From a virus (taxonomy: Duplodnaviria > Caudoviricetes): a stretch of DNA of 35,091 bases. The stretch covers positions 1 to 35,091 of the IMG/VR virus record IMGVR_UViG_3300049070_000074. One strand, given 5' to 3'. Made by a program: the position numbers and the translations under genes. Shown here piece after piece: positions 32,356-35,091 of the stretch. The notes under the pieces are model-generated. The model saw only the letters and a list, made by a program, of their open reading frames with translations. It searched no databases and was not told where the DNA came from. The stretch's first letter is position 1, and every line of letters begins with the position of its first letter.

Positions 32356-33677
32356 GCCACTGACCTGTAACCCATCTCCCCACAACTACGGCACTTGATC
32401 TCGGCGTTGCCGTCCGTCTTGCCGACGAGGTGGCCCTTGGCGCAGTGGACCTCCACCATCTCGGCCTTCGAGCGGGTCTGCGGCAGCGCCCGCGGCGGCG
32501 CCAACGGGATCGGCGCGGTTTCGATGTTCGGCTCTAGGCCGACGATGGCACGCGCCTCGTCGCGCTCCAGAACGCCCTTCTCGAAGCCGAGCGCCGCCAC
32601 CTCGTACTGCGTCTTGACGTCGGCACGCAGCAGTCCCTGAGTGTCGAAGCGGGCGACCTGGTTGCGGGGCAGCAGGTCGGTCATCGCGTTCTCGATGGGT
32701 TCGAGGTAGCGTGGCCCGAGGCAGAACTTGTAGAACTGCTGGGTCAGCATCTCGAGGTTGCGGTAGGTCAGGCTGGCACCGGGCTGGTTGTACTCCAGCA
32801 GCGCGCCGGGGATGCCGAACATGTTGGCCACCTCGCCGTTCTGGTAGAGGCGGCTGGTGAGCATCTGGGCCCCGGCCTCGTTCGGCTCATGGTGCTCCAC
32901 GCTCTCGATGTTCTGGTCGATGATGCGGGTGACGTTGTTAGCCTCGCGCTCCTGCCACTGCGCCAGGAATCGCTGCGCCTCGTTCAGCCCATCGACGTCA
33001 GGCGTGGGGTCCAGTTCGGCGGCATGCTTGATGAGTGTCGACGCGAAGCCGCCCTGCGAGTAGAAGTTGGCGGCCCAGTCCTGCGCCTCGACAGCCACGC
33101 TGACGGCTGCGCCGGCCAACTGGAGTGGACCCATGCCGCGGGTGTCGCCGAGCTGGCGCAGATAGGTGATCTGCACCAGGTCGCGCTCGGGGATCTCCTT
33201 GTCGCCCCAGCGGAAGCGGAGCGCACCCTCCACCCGGTCGATGTGGAGCTGGACCGGGTTGATGGGGACCAGCGCCAGCGGCGAGCCGTCGGTCTCACGC
33301 TTGGCGATCCACAGCCACGCCTCGCCGCGGGTGGCCATCGAGAAGGCCACGTCGCGGTAGAAGTCGGATGGCGTGGTCAGCGGGTTAGGACGGCGGATGA
33401 CCGGCGGGCGGTCGATGGCCACGCCGTTGCGCATGACCTCCATCGATAGCGAGCCGACGGTGGCGGAGATCATAGTGACGGCATTCAGCACCGCCGGGAC
33501 GCCAAGCGCCTCCTGCACCGTCCTCGTGCGCCACTCGCGGCGGCCGCTATTGCCAAGGACCGCCCACGCGAAGTCCTCGAGCGTCATCGACTCACGCTTC
33601 TGGATCTGCGGGACGCGGGCCTCGGGCTGGATGCCCTCCAACGCGAAGAACCGACGCATGTTGTCGAGGAGTGCCAT
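32352..33677 (-). CDS. Portal protein (HK97 family) with a C-terminal zinc ribbon
   Basis: [50 protein letters not shown]. Confidence 0.93.
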   Translation of the reverse strand: MALLDNMRRFFALEGIQPEARVPQIQKRESMTLEDFAWAVLGNSGRREWRTRTVQEALGVPAVLNAVTMISATVGSLSMEVMRNGVAIDRPPVIRRPNPLTTPSDFYRDVAFSMATRGEAWLWIAKRETDGSPLALVPINPVQLHIDRVEGALRFRWGDKEIPERDLVQITYLRQLGDTRGMGPLQLAGAAVSVAVEAQDWAANFYSQGGFASTLIKHAAELDPTPDVDGLNEAQRFLAQWQEREANNVTRIIDQNIESVEHHEPNEAGAQMLTSRLYQNGEVANMFGIPGALLEYNQPGASLTYRNLEMLTQQFYKFCLGPRYLEPIENAMTDLLPRNQVARFDTQGLLRADVKTQYEVAALGFEKGVLERDEARAIVGLEPNIETAPIPLAPPRALPQTRSKAEMVEVHCAKGHLVGKTDGNAEIKCRSCGEMGYRSVA

Positions 33678-35075
33678 CTACGAGTACACCTGTGCTCTAC
33701 CGGAGGGACGGGGAACGGTGGCGAACCACACTGCGCGGATGGCCGCCTCGGCGGCGGTGTTGGTGACTTCGGGTGACGACTTGACGGCGATGAAGCTCCC
33801 GCCGACGCTCTTACGCGGGACGGTGACGCCAAGATCCTTGACGAGGATTCCGTTCTCGTCGTGCACCCGCAGCTGACGCGCCCTTACCAGGTCGATGAAC
33901 TTCCGCGTGGCGTTTCCGTAGTCGCGGCCAGTGATCGGCTTGGACTGGCGTAGGTGGCGGGCGATGTCGGCGTCGGTGAAGGGGTCATATCCGACCAGCG
34001 TTGCACGCTTCCGCAGTACGACCTTCTTCAACTCGTCGGCCAACAGCTCGGTGTCAATCGGCGAGCCGGTCACATCGGCCACCACGTCGAGCGCCACCTT
34101 GTCGCCGTCCTGCCAAGCGAGGACCGCACTGGCGCGCTCGCCAGAGACGTCCATCTTCACGCCGAGGGTGGGGCGCTTTGGGTCGAGGTCGACGGTGAAC
34201 TGCTGAGACTGCCACTCATCCAGCGTGACGATGGCGTCCACGCTGGTCATCGTCGGCCGGCACAGGCTCTCACGCTCAAATGAGGTCTGCGGCCGGCTGC
34301 GGAGGAAGCCTTCGATGGTTTCCTCCGTGATGCCGCCGTGGCCCAGCGTCGGGTTGGCCTCGGCCCAGCCGTCGCGGTCGTCAATAGCACGCTCTGGCGC
34401 CGACGACCATTCCAGATAGGCGAGTCGCGGGTCTATCCCCTTACTGCCTCGGTCACGCAACTCGTTGAGGACGACGGAGTTCATATCGCCGGCGTTAGAC
34501 AGGTAGACGATCTGAGCGTTAGGGCGGGCAGCGGTGGTGTAGACCATCGCGTCCATCAACTCCTGGTCCCGCTGGTGCCACACCTCATCGATGATGACGA
34601 GATCAGCAGTCTCGCCGCGGGAGCTGTCATTCGGCGCCACGATCTTGTAGCGACCGCCGCCGGGAGCGACGATCTCCTCTTGCCCGTTCGCCTTGCGGAT
34701 CTCGTAGTCGTCGCCAGTCCGCAAGACAGCGGGAACGACCTCGCGCATGAATGTCTTACGCGGGATGTCGCGGTTCTGCGCGGTGTGGAGGATGGACTCG
34801 CCGCGGTCCAGGCCCATGAGGATCCGCGGCACCATCAACTTGGTCTTGCCATTCTGCCGGGCGACAACCACGCCGACCTCGCGGTACAGCCAGTCGCCGG
34901 CGGCATCGACCGCAGTCATGTAGTGACCGGCGACGCTCTGCCAGGGATAGAGCTTCATGCCGAGCCGCTCGGCAGCAGCCTCATACTCAGCGAGCAGCGA
35001 GCGCAGCGGACGCGGTGGACCGATCCGCGGCGTGTCTACGCCTAGCAGCGGTTTCGGCAGCGTAGCCACCACCAT
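33678..35075 (-). CDS. terL: Terminase large subunit
   Basis: LYPWQ, Walker A VARQNGKT, Walker B VIIDE, SNAG, WAEANPTLG. Confidence 0.95.
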   Translation of the reverse strand: MVVATLPKPLLGVDTPRIGPPRPLRSLLAEYEAAAERLGMKLYPWQSVAGHYMTAVDAAGDWLYREVGVVVARQNGKTKLMVPRILMGLDRGESILHTAQNRDIPRKTFMREVVPAVLRTGDDYEIRKANGQEEIVAPGGGRYKIVAPNDSSRGETADLVIIDEVWHQRDQELMDAMVYTTAARPNAQIVYLSNAGDMNSVVLNELRDRGSKGIDPRLAYLEWSSAPERAIDDRDGWAEANPTLGHGGITEETIEGFLRSRPQTSFERESLCRPTMTSVDAIVTLDEWQSQQFTVDLDPKRPTLGVKMDVSGERASAVLAWQDGDKVALDVVADVTGSPIDTELLADELKKVVLRKRATLVGYDPFTDADIARHLRQSKPITGRDYGNATRKFIDLVRARQLRVHDENGILVKDLGVTVPRKSVGGSFIAVKSSPEVTNTAAEAAIRAVWFATVPRPSGRAQVYS

Positions 35076-35091
35076 CAGTCAGACTTCCGGC

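Noticed and set aside
35075-35091. End of an upstream gene (small terminase?)
   Set aside because: Only a few codons visible; cannot be assigned

Overview
A high-GC tailed-phage (siphovirus-like, HK97-type head) genome segment, almost all on the minus strand. Reading from 35091 down: terminase large subunit, portal with a C-terminal Com-like zinc ribbon, collagen fibre, SAP-like protein, protease-capsid fusion, neck and tail genes, tail chaperone with a -1 frameshift, tape measure, tail tip and a BNR-propeller receptor-binding protein. Then comes a compact early switch (truncated GT87-like gene, three operators, leaderless Fis-type HTH). No integrase or CI-like repressor is visible. The early/replication operon holds an HNH, a PD-(D/E)XK exonuclease, a C5-type MTase, a radical SAM-GNAT-MTase fusion, an initiator with iterons and a resolvase. 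A structured late leader precedes an expanded lysis/envelope cassette (GH16-like, CAP, amidase, holin, RlpA-like). Near the left end are a metallophosphoesterase, a small plus-strand cassette and a polysaccharide pyruvyl transferase cut by the window edge. The most novel-looking items are the three-domain DNA-modification enzyme, two RNA switches built from hairpins with complementary 7-nt loops, RBS-occluding hairpins on late genes together with a portal-fused Com-like finger, and twin late promoters with abnormally short spacers. All calls come from motif reading by eye; no searches were run. The host is unknown (a high-GC monoderm such as Chloroflexota or Actinomycetota is a guess).
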